Below, in pieces: positions 1 to 10,002 of a stretch of DNA of 64,000 nt. The stretch's first letter is position 1. Every line of letters begins with the position of its first letter. The DNA is from Alphaproteobacteria bacterium (GTDB lineage: Bacteria > Pseudomonadota > Alphaproteobacteria > SHVP01), in the NCBI GenBank assembly GCA_038121105.1, contig JAYONB010000007.1, forward strand, positions 119,365 to 183,364, in the 5' to 3' direction. The notes under the pieces were generated by a model. The model was not told where the DNA came from. It saw only the letters and a list, made by a program, of their open reading frames with translations, and did not search any database. The translations under genes were made by a program, and so were the position numbers.

Positions 1-450
1 AAGGTCCAGCGCTGCGGCTTTCGCCTGCGCCTTTTCGCGCACCAACCTCACCACGGTTTCCAAGGCCTGCACCACGGCCGCGAAATCGTCGCGCCCGCGC
101 GCCTCGCGCCAAATCATCTCGCACGCCGAGTTGGCGTGACTGAGGGCGGTGACCAATTCGCCCGGCAGCGCCGTCGCATGCCGCCACAGCCGCCGCATTT
201 CCGCGAGGTTGGCCCGTTGCCAGACCGACAGCTCACCCGCGCCCTCCGCCGCCGCACCCAACAGATCGGCCATCTCCGGCGCGGTCATCAGGTCGTGTTC
301 CAGCAACGACAGCTCGGCAAGCTGGTCCGAGCGCGCCGTCGCCCCGCCCGGCGGCATCATCACCGCCCGGTCCCAATGCAACACCTGCTCCACGCCGCCC
401 AACACGCCCAGCCGGCGAAAGCGCGCTTCCAAATCTTGATAAGCGTTCAT
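1..450 (-). CDS. M32 carboxypeptidase (Taq-like metallopeptidase), N-terminal part only; the gene runs off the window start
   Basis: Reverse-strand translation from the ATG at 450 gives MNAYQDLEARFRRLGVLGGVEQVLHWDRAVMMPPGG..., which matches the conserved N-terminus of M32 carboxypeptidases. There is no stop in the window, so it is absent from the ORF track. Confidence 0.5.
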   Translation of the reverse strand, partial: MNAYQDLEARFRRLGVLGGVEQVLHWDRAVMMPPGGATARSDQLAELSLLEHDLMTAPEMADLLGAAAEGAGELSVWQRANLAEMRRLWRHATALPGELVTALSHANSACEMIWREARGRDDFAAVVQALETVVRLVREKAQAKAAALDL

Positions 451-496
451 CCGACGCAACCTCTACGGCACGGGGCCGTAACCCGCCTAGGCCGCC

Positions 497-1243
497 CTAG
501 GATTGCTGCTCGCGCATCCGCTTGCGGTTCCACGCGACGTAAACCACCACCAACGTCAGGGCCAGCAGGTACCACGTAATCGCGTATTGCAGATGATCGT
601 TGGGAATATCAAGCCGGGTTTGCCCGCCGATCGGAAAGCCGCCGGGGTTCGGCGTGGCATCGGCATCGATCACCACGGGCTGCAAATCGCGCCCGACCGC
701 CGTGCCCATCGCCGCGTAGTCGACCGACAGCCAAAAATTGGTCGCCGGATCGTTGTCCGGCGTAAAAGCGTTGCGCCCCGCCCCGGGGGTCACCAAGCCC
801 ACCACCGTCACGGGGCCGTCGATCTGTGCCTCGGGCCGGGCGGAGGGCGTACGCCGGTCGTCCGGCACCCACCCGCGATTGACCAGCACCACGGGCCCTT
901 CGTCGCGCACGAGCGGCGTCAACACGTGCGAGCCGACATTGCCGCGTTGCGAGCGCGCCGCGAGGAGGAGTTCCTTGTCGTGGAGAAACCGCCCGGTTAG
1001 CCTCACCGGGGCCCACATCGCGGCCTCTAGTTCGGCATCTTCGGTGGGCAGCGCGATGGGCGGCGCCTCGAGGCGCGCGGTGCGCTCGGCGATCAGATCG
1101 GTTTTCCAATCGAGTCGCACCAATTGCCAGCTCCCCAGACCGACCAGAATGGCAAAGACGACGATCGCCCCGATCGTCGAGCCCAACGTCGGGCGAAACT
1201 CGTTCCAGGGGATGGGCGCACCTTGGGGTTCTTCGAAGCTCAT
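497..1243 (-). CDS. surf1: SURF1 family cytochrome oxidase assembly protein
   Basis: Contains the GSWQLVRLDWK motif and sits at the end of the cta cluster. Confidence 0.85.
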   Translation of the reverse strand: MSFEEPQGAPIPWNEFRPTLGSTIGAIVVFAILVGLGSWQLVRLDWKTDLIAERTARLEAPPIALPTEDAELEAAMWAPVRLTGRFLHDKELLLAARSQRGNVGSHVLTPLVRDEGPVVLVNRGWVPDDRRTPSARPEAQIDGPVTVVGLVTPGAGRNAFTPDNDPATNFWLSVDYAAMGTAVGRDLQPVVIDADATPNPGGFPIGGQTRLDIPNDHLQYAITWYLLALTLVVVYVAWNRKRMREQQS

Positions 1244-1605
1244 CGCAAATCCGGGCGTCGGGCATAGTTGATGGCATAGAACACCGCCTTAAGCGGCCTC
1301 AAGAGGCCGAGCGACAGCGCAAAGATGAGCGGAATCCAAAGCAAGGCATGCACCCAAAACGGGGGTTGGTAGGAAACTTCGACGATCAGCGCCGCGGCAA
1401 CGACCAAGGCGCCCACGAACAACACGACGAAGACCGCCGGCCCGTCGCCGGTATCCCGCGCTTTCAGCTCCAACCCGCAATGCGTGCAGGTCTCGGCGAC
1501 TTCCAGAAACCCGGCGAACAGCTTGCCCGCGCCGCAACGCGGGCAACGGCTGGTCAGGCCGGCCTTGATCGGGGAGACGGGCGGCGCGTTGCCTTGGTCC
1601 GTCAT
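1240..1605 (-). CDS. DUF983 domain protein (zinc-ribbon plus membrane protein conserved in cta clusters)
   Basis: CPRCG...CTHCG zinc ribbon followed by two transmembrane helices, in the typical position between ctaE and surf1. Confidence 0.7.
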   Translation of the reverse strand: MTDQGNAPPVSPIKAGLTSRCPRCGAGKLFAGFLEVAETCTHCGLELKARDTGDGPAVFVVLFVGALVVAAALIVEVSYQPPFWVHALLWIPLIFALSLGLLRPLKAVFYAINYARRPDLR

Positions 1606-1620
1606 CCCCGTTGGGTCGAT

Positions 1621-2433
1621 CTAGCCGTGTACGACGCTGCCCGCGCCCCACCAGTAGATGGAGACGAACAGGAAGATCCATACCACGTCGACGAAGTGCC
1701 AGTACCAAGCGGCGGCTTCGAGACCGAAGTGCTGGTTCGGCTTGAAGTGCCCCTTATGGGCGCGGATCAGGCACACCAGGAGGAAGATCGTGCCGATGAT
1801 CACGTGCGCGCCGTGGAAGCCGGTTGCCATGAAGAAGGTCGAACCGTAGATCCCGCCGGTGAACGAGAACGCCGCCTCGGCATACTCGATCCCTTGGATG
1901 ATCGAGAATATGACGCCCAGAATCACGGTGATCAGCAGACCCAGCTTGAGCCCACGGTAATCGCCATGGCGCAACGCGTGATGCGCCCACGTGACCGTGG
2001 TCGAGGAGGTCAGCAGAATAATGGTGTTGAGGAACGGCAGATCCCACGGGTTGAAGGTGATGACGCCTTCCGGCGGCCACATGCCGCCCATCGCCTCGGT
2101 CGGGAACAGCGCCGCGTTGTAATAGGCCCAGAACCACGCGACGAAGAACATCACCTCTGAGGCGATGAACAAAATCATGCCGTAGCGCAACCCAAGCTGC
2201 ACGATCGCGCTGTGGTGCCCCTCGTGTTCGGCCTCGCGGGTCACGTCGCGCCACCACATCATCATGGTGTAGCCGGTCATGACGAGGCCGACGACGAAGA
2301 CCCAGACCGTCACGTCCCGCATGAACATGACGAACCCTGCGGTCAACACAAGCGCACTAAGTGCACCGACGATCGGCCATGGGCTCGGATCGACGAGATG
2401 GTAGCTGTGTCCTTTTGCGTGTGCGTCGGCCAT
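1621..2433 (-). CDS. ctaE: cytochrome c oxidase subunit III
   Basis: Strong similarity to CoxC (HSYHLVDPSPWP, HHALRHGD, multiple transmembrane helices). Confidence 0.95.
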   Translation of the reverse strand: MADAHAKGHSYHLVDPSPWPIVGALSALVLTAGFVMFMRDVTVWVFVVGLVMTGYTMMMWWRDVTREAEHEGHHSAIVQLGLRYGMILFIASEVMFFVAWFWAYYNAALFPTEAMGGMWPPEGVITFNPWDLPFLNTIILLTSSTTVTWAHHALRHGDYRGLKLGLLITVILGVIFSIIQGIEYAEAAFSFTGGIYGSTFFMATGFHGAHVIIGTIFLLVCLIRAHKGHFKPNQHFGLEAAAWYWHFVDVVWIFLFVSIYWWGAGSVVHG

Positions 2434-2499
2434 AAGCCTTACTCCTGTCTCAACCGTTACCGGTTAGTTCACGTCGTTCGTTTTGGTTTCATTGCCAGC

Positions 2500-3063
2500 C
2501 TACGATAGCTGGAACTTCCGAATCTCTTCCTCCGTCATGTCTTGGCGGAAGAAGGTGTAGGACAGCGTGATCGTGGTCACGTCGTCCATATTGGGATCGT
2601 CGAGCATTTCCGGATCGACGAAAAACGTCACCGGCATATTGGCGCGTTGCCCCGCCGCCAGGATCTGTTCGTTAAAGCAAAAACACTGAATCTTGCTGAA
2701 ATAGCGTCCCGCTTTGGCGGGCGAAACGTTGAACCCGGCCTGGCCCATCACCGGCCCGTCGCTCAGGTTCTCGGCCTCGTAGAACGCCAGACCTTCTTCG
2801 CCCACCTTCAACGCGACCTCGCGCTGCTTGGGCCGAAAGCGCCAGGGCAATGCAGGATCGGTGTTGGCGTCGAATTGCACCTTGATCGTCCGGTCGCTGG
2901 CCACCGCGGGCACCGAATGAGCGCGCTGGGTCGTGCCGCCGAACCCGGTGACTTGGCAGAACAGTCGATAAGCCGGCACCGCGGCATAGGCGGCACCGCC
3001 CATCCCGACGACAACGCCGCCAAGCATCAACGCCGTAAAACGTCGCTTGCTCTGATCGACCAA
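2500..3063 (-). CDS. ctaG: cytochrome c oxidase assembly protein CtaG/Cox11
   Basis: Cox11 family with the CFCF copper-binding motif. The start appears to be TTG at 3063. Confidence 0.9.
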   Translation of the reverse strand: MVDQSKRRFTALMLGGVVVGMGGAAYAAVPAYRLFCQVTGFGGTTQRAHSVPAVASDRTIKVQFDANTDPALPWRFRPKQREVALKVGEEGLAFYEAENLSDGPVMGQAGFNVSPAKAGRYFSKIQCFCFNEQILAAGQRANMPVTFFVDPEMLDDPNMDDVTTITLSYTFFRQDMTEEEIRKFQLS

Positions 3064-3064
3064 C

Positions 3065-3184
3065 TCAACCTCCTCGCATCTGAGCCATGGCGCCGAGAAA
3101 CACCAGAACCACGAACGCGATCAACGCGGCGCCGAGCGCAAAATTCTTGCCTCGGCGTTTTTTGTGTTCCTCACTGAGCGGCAT
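3065..3184 (-). CDS. small 39-aa membrane protein (CoxF-like ORF between ctaB and ctaG)
   Basis: ATG at 3184 gives MPLSEEHKKRRGKNFALGAALIAFVVLVFLGAMAQMRGG, then TGA. It has one transmembrane helix and sits in the conserved ctaB-ctaG gap; it is too short for the ORF track. Confidence 0.45.
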   Translation of the reverse strand: MPLSEEHKKRRGKNFALGAALIAFVVLVFLGAMAQMRGG

Positions 3185-3193
3185 CCCTACTCG

Positions 3194-4126
3194 CTACGCA
3201 CCCGGCGCCCAACCGAGCGCATGGTCCGCCAACAAGAGCGCAAAAATGAGAAACAAATACAGAATCGAAAACCCGAACAACCGCTTCGCAGCGCGGTGCC
3301 CGTCGGCTTCCGCGGCGGCTTCGTCGCGCCGCCATACGCCGATCGCCAACGCCACGAACGCCGCGCCAAGAATGGCCACCGTCGCGCCGTAGAACGCGCT
3401 GGCCCCGCCCAGCAACCACGGCGTCACCGCCAGAGGGGCGAGCAACAGGCTGTAGAGCAGGATCTGGCGCCGCGTCTCGCGGTCGCCCTGCACCACCGGC
3501 AGCATCGGCACCCCGGCCTTGGCGTAGTCGCCGCTGCGGTAGAGCGCCAGGGCCCAAAAATGCGGCGGCGTCCAAAAGAAGATGATCGCGAACATCATGA
3601 TCGGCAGTAGCGAGATCTCGCCCGTCACCGCGGCCCACCCGATCATCGGCGGCAACGCCCCGGCGGCACCGCCGATGACGATGTTCTGCGGCGTCCGCCG
3701 CTTGAGCCACATCGTGTAGACGAAGACGTAGAACCCGATCGTCAGTGCGAGCAAGCCGCCGGCCAACCAATTGACCAGCGACCCCATGACCATGACCGAC
3801 AAGAGTGCGATCACCACACCGAATGTCAGCGCTTCCGCGCGCTGGACCCGACCGGCCGGGATCGGGCGTTGGGCCGTGCGTTTCATCACGGCGTCGATAT
3901 CGGCGTCGTACCACATGTTGATCGCACCGGAGGCACCTGCCCCCAAGGCGATCGCCAGCAGCGCGATCACCGCAGTCACCGGATGGATCGCGCCCGGCGC
4001 CACCACCAAACCAACCAGACCGGTGAACACCACCAGCGACATCACGCGCGGCTTGAGCAGCGCGACATAGTCGCGCACGCCGGCTACGGCGACGCCGTCG
4101 TTTTGGCTGATGCTGAGATCGGTCAC
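3194..4126 (-). CDS. ctaB: protoheme IX farnesyltransferase (heme O synthase)
   Basis: UbiA-fold CyoE/CtaB sequence. The track ORF (to 4222) overlaps ctaD, so the real start is probably near 4126, just after the ctaD stop at 4140. Confidence 0.88.
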   Translation of the reverse strand: MTDLSISQNDGVAVAGVRDYVALLKPRVMSLVVFTGLVGLVVAPGAIHPVTAVIALLAIALGAGASGAINMWYDADIDAVMKRTAQRPIPAGRVQRAEALTFGVVIALLSVMVMGSLVNWLAGGLLALTIGFYVFVYTMWLKRRTPQNIVIGGAAGALPPMIGWAAVTGEISLLPIMMFAIIFFWTPPHFWALALYRSGDYAKAGVPMLPVVQGDRETRRQILLYSLLLAPLAVTPWLLGGASAFYGATVAILGAAFVALAIGVWRRDEAAAEADGHRAAKRLFGFSILYLFLIFALLLADHALGWAPGA

Positions 4127-4139
4127 GGTCGTTCTCTGC

Positions 4140-5774
<1,635 letters not shown>

Positions 5775-6686
5775 TTAGTTGGCGGTCGGGACTTCGCCGG
5801 TTTCCTCGAAGCGCGCTGCAATTTGGCGCGCTTTCTCGGCACGGGCCGCGGCAAAATCCTTGGGCGCGCCGGGCTTGCCCTCGTAGGCGAATTCTTCTTT
5901 GGCTTCCTCGACCCATCTCGCGTACTCGGCCTTGCTGACCGCACGCACCATGATCGGCATGAAGCCATGGCCCGAACCGCAAAGCTCGGAGCACATGCCG
6001 TAATAAACGCCTTCCTTTTGGATCTCGACCCAGGTCTCGTTGATGCGGCCCGGCACGGCGTCGATCTTGATGCCGAGGTTGGGCAGGGCCAACGAATGAA
6101 TCACGTCGGTCGCCGTCGTCAGGATCCGGATCTTAGTGTTGACCGGCAGCACCACGTCGTTGTCGGTGGTGAGCAACCGGACTTGGCCATCTTCCAAATC
6201 CTCGTCTTCGACGATCACGGCATCGAACGTCAGGTTGTCGCTATCGGGATATTCGTAGCTCCAGAACCACTGATTGCCGATCGCCTTGATGGTCATTTCG
6301 GCGTCGACCGCGCGGTCGGAGAAATACAACAGCCGGAACGACGGCACCGCGATCACCACCAGGATGACGATCGGGATCACCGTCCAAAGGACTTCCAGCG
6401 CCGTGTTGTGGGTGTTGGTGCTCGGGTTCGGGTTCTTCGAGGCCCGGAAGCGCAGCATGATGTAGACCATCAGCAGCAGCACGAATGCCGCGATCACGGT
6501 GATGATGACCAACAACAAGTTATGGAAATCGTTGATCCGCTCCATCGTCGGCGAGGCCGCTTCGCGCAAGCCCATTTGCCAGGGCGCCGAGGTGCCTTCA
6601 AAAGCCTGCGCCAGCGCCACCCCCGTCGTCAGTGCAAAGGTGGCAAGCAGCGCGACCGCTGCGGTAACAATGCGTGAAATCGACAT
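5775..6686 (-). CDS. ctaC: cytochrome c oxidase subunit II
   Basis: Signal peptide, two transmembrane helices and the CuA site CSELCGSGH. Confidence 0.95.
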   Translation of the reverse strand: MSISRIVTAAVALLATFALTTGVALAQAFEGTSAPWQMGLREAASPTMERINDFHNLLLVIITVIAAFVLLLMVYIMLRFRASKNPNPSTNTHNTALEVLWTVIPIVILVVIAVPSFRLLYFSDRAVDAEMTIKAIGNQWFWSYEYPDSDNLTFDAVIVEDEDLEDGQVRLLTTDNDVVLPVNTKIRILTTATDVIHSLALPNLGIKIDAVPGRINETWVEIQKEGVYYGMCSELCGSGHGFMPIMVRAVSKAEYARWVEEAKEEFAYEGKPGAPKDFAAARAEKARQIAARFEETGEVPTAN

Positions 6687-7031
6687 GCCGTAGACCCGTT
6701 TCTGGTCGTTCCCGAATGGCGCACGGCCCCCGAGAGGGCCGCACAGGCCGCAGTTTTACTTCATCCCGCGGCCCCAGCGCCAGCATGCGTCCACGGACCA
6801 ATCGCCGCAGGGCACGCCCCGCCGCGACGATCCCGCCGCGTTTTCCTCGCTCACGGCGCTAACACATTGTTTTTACATAGTTAATCTGGTTTTGGTCAAG
6901 AATCGCCCCGCGCGACGGCCAAAACCGCCGTTTTCCGCGTCATTATGTCGCGGGGCCGTCCCGCCCTGGTTCGCACCGGGCCTTGGGACTCCCTATATTC
7001 CGGGTCACCCTCAAACCCGGAGCCCCGTTGC

Positions 7032-8462
7032 ATGAGCCAGCCTTCGCCCCAAGAACTCTTTTTTACCCGCACCGGCCTCGACGAAAAGCGTGTCGAAGGC
7101 CTCGTCGGCGAGGCCCTGCACGGCATGGATGACGGCGAGATTTTCCTGGAATACCGCCAGTCCGAGAGCTTTTCCTTCGATGACGGGCGGCTCAAAGCCG
7201 CGGCCTACGACACCGACCAAGGTTTCGGCCTACGCGCGGTTTCCGAAGATTCCACCGGCTACGCCCATGCCGCCGAGCTTTCCGAGGACGCCATCAAACG
7301 CGCCGTCTCCACGGTGCAAGCCGTGCGTGGCGGCAATGTGGGCACCGCCGCGGCAGGTCCTGCGCGCACCAACAACACGCTCTATGTCGACGACAATCCG
7401 CTCAACGAGGTGCCGTTCGAAGACAAGATCAAGCTGATGCAAGACATCGACGCCTATGCCCGCGCCAAAGACCCGCGCGTGCGCCAGGTCTCGGCCTCGC
7501 TCGCCGGATCGTGGCAGGTCGTCCACATGATCCGCGCCGACGGCCACCAGGTCGGCGACATCCGCCCCCTGGTCCGTCTCAACGTCTCGGTCGTGGTCGG
7601 CGACGGCGACCGCCAGGAGACCGGCTCGCACGGCACCGGCGGCCGCACCGGTTACCTCGGCTATATCGATCCCGCGGCTTGGCAAGGCCAAGTCGACGAA
7701 GCCTTGCGCCAGGCCCTGGTCAATCTCGAAAGCATCGATGCGCCCGCCGGTGAGATGACGGTCGTACTCGGCCCCGGCTGGCCCGGCATCTTGTTGCACG
7801 AAGCCATCGGCCATGGCCTCGAGGGCGACTTCAATCGCAAAAAAACCTCCGCCTTCGCCGGCTTGATGGGCGAACAGGTCGCCGCCAAGGGCGTCACCGT
7901 CGTCGACGACGGCACGCTCACGGATCGCCGCGGCTCGCTCACCGTCGATGACGAAGGCACGCCGACCAACCGCACGGTCCTGATCGAAGACGGCATTCTC
8001 ACCGGTTACCTGCACGACCGGCTCAACGCGCGGCTGATGAACATGGCGCCCACCGGCAACGGTCGCCGCCAGTCCTACGCGCACATGCCGATGCCACGCA
8101 TGACCAACACCTACATGCTGTCGGGCGATCGCGATCCCGCGGAAATTCTAAGCGGCGTGAAAAACGGTCTCTATGCGGTGAACTTCGGCGGCGGCCAGGT
8201 CGACATCACCTCGGGCAAGTTCGTCTTTTCCTGCACCGAGGCCTACATGGTCGAAGACGGCAAAGTCGCCGCCCCGGTCAAAGGCGCCACCCTGATCGGC
8301 AACGGTCCCGACGTGCTGACCAAGATCAGCGGCATCGGCACCGACATGGGCCTCGATCCGGGCATCGGCACCTGCGGCAAAAACGGCCAAGGTGTTCCCG
8401 TCGGCGTCGGCCTCCCCACCATCCGCGTCGACGGCCTGACGGTCGGCGGCACCGCGGCCTAG
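7032..8462 (+). CDS. tldD: metalloprotease TldD
   Basis: TldD/PmbA family with the HEAIGHGLEGD motif. The start was chosen at MSQPSP (7032) inside the longer track ORF. Confidence 0.9.
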   Translation: MSQPSPQELFFTRTGLDEKRVEGLVGEALHGMDDGEIFLEYRQSESFSFDDGRLKAAAYDTDQGFGLRAVSEDSTGYAHAAELSEDAIKRAVSTVQAVRGGNVGTAAAGPARTNNTLYVDDNPLNEVPFEDKIKLMQDIDAYARAKDPRVRQVSASLAGSWQVVHMIRADGHQVGDIRPLVRLNVSVVVGDGDRQETGSHGTGGRTGYLGYIDPAAWQGQVDEALRQALVNLESIDAPAGEMTVVLGPGWPGILLHEAIGHGLEGDFNRKKTSAFAGLMGEQVAAKGVTVVDDGTLTDRRGSLTVDDEGTPTNRTVLIEDGILTGYLHDRLNARLMNMAPTGNGRRQSYAHMPMPRMTNTYMLSGDRDPAEILSGVKNGLYAVNFGGGQVDITSGKFVFSCTEAYMVEDGKVAAPVKGATLIGNGPDVLTKISGIGTDMGLDPGIGTCGKNGQGVPVGVGLPTIRVDGLTVGGTAA

Positions 8463-9229
8463 ATCACGCGGACCGATGCCCGCGCAGTGTCGCACTCGGC
8501 GCAGCCCTCGGCGGTGGCGTGCAGAAACAACAACGGATCGTCCTTGAGCGCCGCGCACGCCAACCTCACGACATCGCGTGACCGAAACAATCGCGCCGTC
8601 GCACGGCCGACCGTCCCTTCGTGCTGCAATCCCTCGACACGCAACAAATCGTCGGCCAACGCAAACCGCGCGCAGCACGAATCGTTTTCGCCGTAGTCGA
8701 TCCGCGTCGGCACCCCGTCTTCGAGAACCGTGATGTGATGCGGAATGCGATAGGGCACCCCAGCCTTAAGCTCGGCAAGATGTAAACTGGTGTCGGCATC
8801 ATGCCCGACACCGAGCAACAGCACCTGGCCGCCCAGATCGTGTACCCGACCGACCGCGCTCTCAGGGCCGTGCGGCGGCAGGGTCATCGGCACGTCGACG
8901 ATCTCCTTCGCGCGCGGCCCCACCGCCGCCCAGGCAAAGGGATGATCGCCGCGCCGCGCGTCGGGCCGTCGCCACAACGTCTGCGCCACCACACCGAGAT
9001 CGAGGTCGGCGGGCGTGGTGGCCGGGTCGAACACATGATCGTCGTCCCCGGTCCACGACGGCATCACCACCGTGCCGTCCGGTCCGACCGTCATCAACAA
9101 CGCCTCGATCAGCCCCGCCGGTCCGCCGTCCACCGGCCGTACCGCGCGAAACGAGGTGTGCACCTGCACCACCGCGCCGGTCATCACGCCCAACGCACGA
9201 AGTTGATCGGCGATCGCGCTGGGGGTCAT
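8459..9229 (-). CDS. aminoglycoside N(3)-acetyltransferase family protein (AAC(3)-like, Antibiotic_NAT)
   Basis: Collinear similarity to AAC(3)-IV-type enzymes: VHTSFRAVRP, VMPSWTGDDD, FDPATTP, LHLAELKAGVPY, DYGENDSCCARF. Confidence 0.8.
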   Translation of the reverse strand: MTPSAIADQLRALGVMTGAVVQVHTSFRAVRPVDGGPAGLIEALLMTVGPDGTVVMPSWTGDDDHVFDPATTPADLDLGVVAQTLWRRPDARRGDHPFAWAAVGPRAKEIVDVPMTLPPHGPESAVGRVHDLGGQVLLLGVGHDADTSLHLAELKAGVPYRIPHHITVLEDGVPTRIDYGENDSCCARFALADDLLRVEGLQHEGTVGRATARLFRSRDVVRLACAALKDDPLLFLHATAEGCAECDTARASVRVI

Positions 9230-9249
9230 CGTGTTGGTTGGCTGGCCGC

Positions 9250-9939
9250 CTAGCGCAGCTCGAACGTCACCGCGAGGTCCATCGACAGCGTGGACGTACC
9301 CGCCGCAACCGGCACGCTCGCCAACGCTTCGGACCGGAAGCGCGCCGGTGCGGGCCCGCCGCCACGCCCGGTTTCCGAAATCGTCATGACGCGGCCCAAC
9401 CGGGCCCCGGCCGCTTCCGCCATCATGGCCGCTTTGCGTTGCGCGTCTTTGACCGCGGCAATGCGCAAGCGGTCTTGCACGGCCTCGTCGGGCGCAACGA
9501 AGAACGTCACGCCGTTCAGCGAATTGGCGCCGCCTTTGATCAACGCATCGAGCGTGTCGCCGACGATCGCCGTGTCGCGCACCAGGGCCGTCACGGTGTT
9601 CGTCGCCCGATAGCCGACGATCCGCCGCGCCTGCCCCCGCCCCTCGACCTGATCGAACACCGGCGAGACGTTGAACCCCGAGGTTTGGATATCCGCCTCG
9701 GCCACCCCCGCGGCGCGCAAGGCGGCAAATACGCCGCGCATCGCCGCGCTGTTTTGATCGACCGCCTCGCCGGCGCTCTTGGCTTGGCTCACCACACCGG
9801 CGCTGACGCGCGCGCGGTCCGGCGTCGCGTCGACCTCGGCATGACCGCTCACCGAAATCGTCCGCGCCGGTTCCGCGGCGTGGGCCTCGGCCGATAGCCC
9901 CACCGTCATCGCAACGAACGCAATCAAAAAGGCTCGCAT
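9250..9939 (-). CDS. SIMPL domain (DUF541/BP26-like) periplasmic protein
   Basis: Signal peptide MRAFLIAFVAMTVGLSAEAHA plus the SIMPL fold motif TISVSG. Confidence 0.8.
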   Translation of the reverse strand: MRAFLIAFVAMTVGLSAEAHAAEPARTISVSGHAEVDATPDRARVSAGVVSQAKSAGEAVDQNSAAMRGVFAALRAAGVAEADIQTSGFNVSPVFDQVEGRGQARRIVGYRATNTVTALVRDTAIVGDTLDALIKGGANSLNGVTFFVAPDEAVQDRLRIAAVKDAQRKAAMMAEAAGARLGRVMTISETGRGGGPAPARFRSEALASVPVAAGTSTLSMDLAVTFELR

Positions 9940-10002
9940 GGTTTTACTCCCATTGATGTCGGGCCACGATGCCATGCCCGCACCCTGGTGCGCGACTCTC
10001 GT

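Noticed and set aside
136-579. ORFs 136..579 and 149..439 (+) at the window start
   Set aside because: They are antisense to the M32 carboxypeptidase reading frame, Arg/Pro-rich and show no domain signal. These are typical high-GC spurious ORFs.
6687-7031. AT-rich patch (TTGTTTTTACATAGTTAATCTGGTTTTGGTCAAGAATCG) between ctaC and tldD as something more than a promoter
   Set aside because: It has no repeats or structure beyond plausible -35/-10 hexamers for the divergent ctaC and tldD promoters, so it is treated as an ordinary promoter region.
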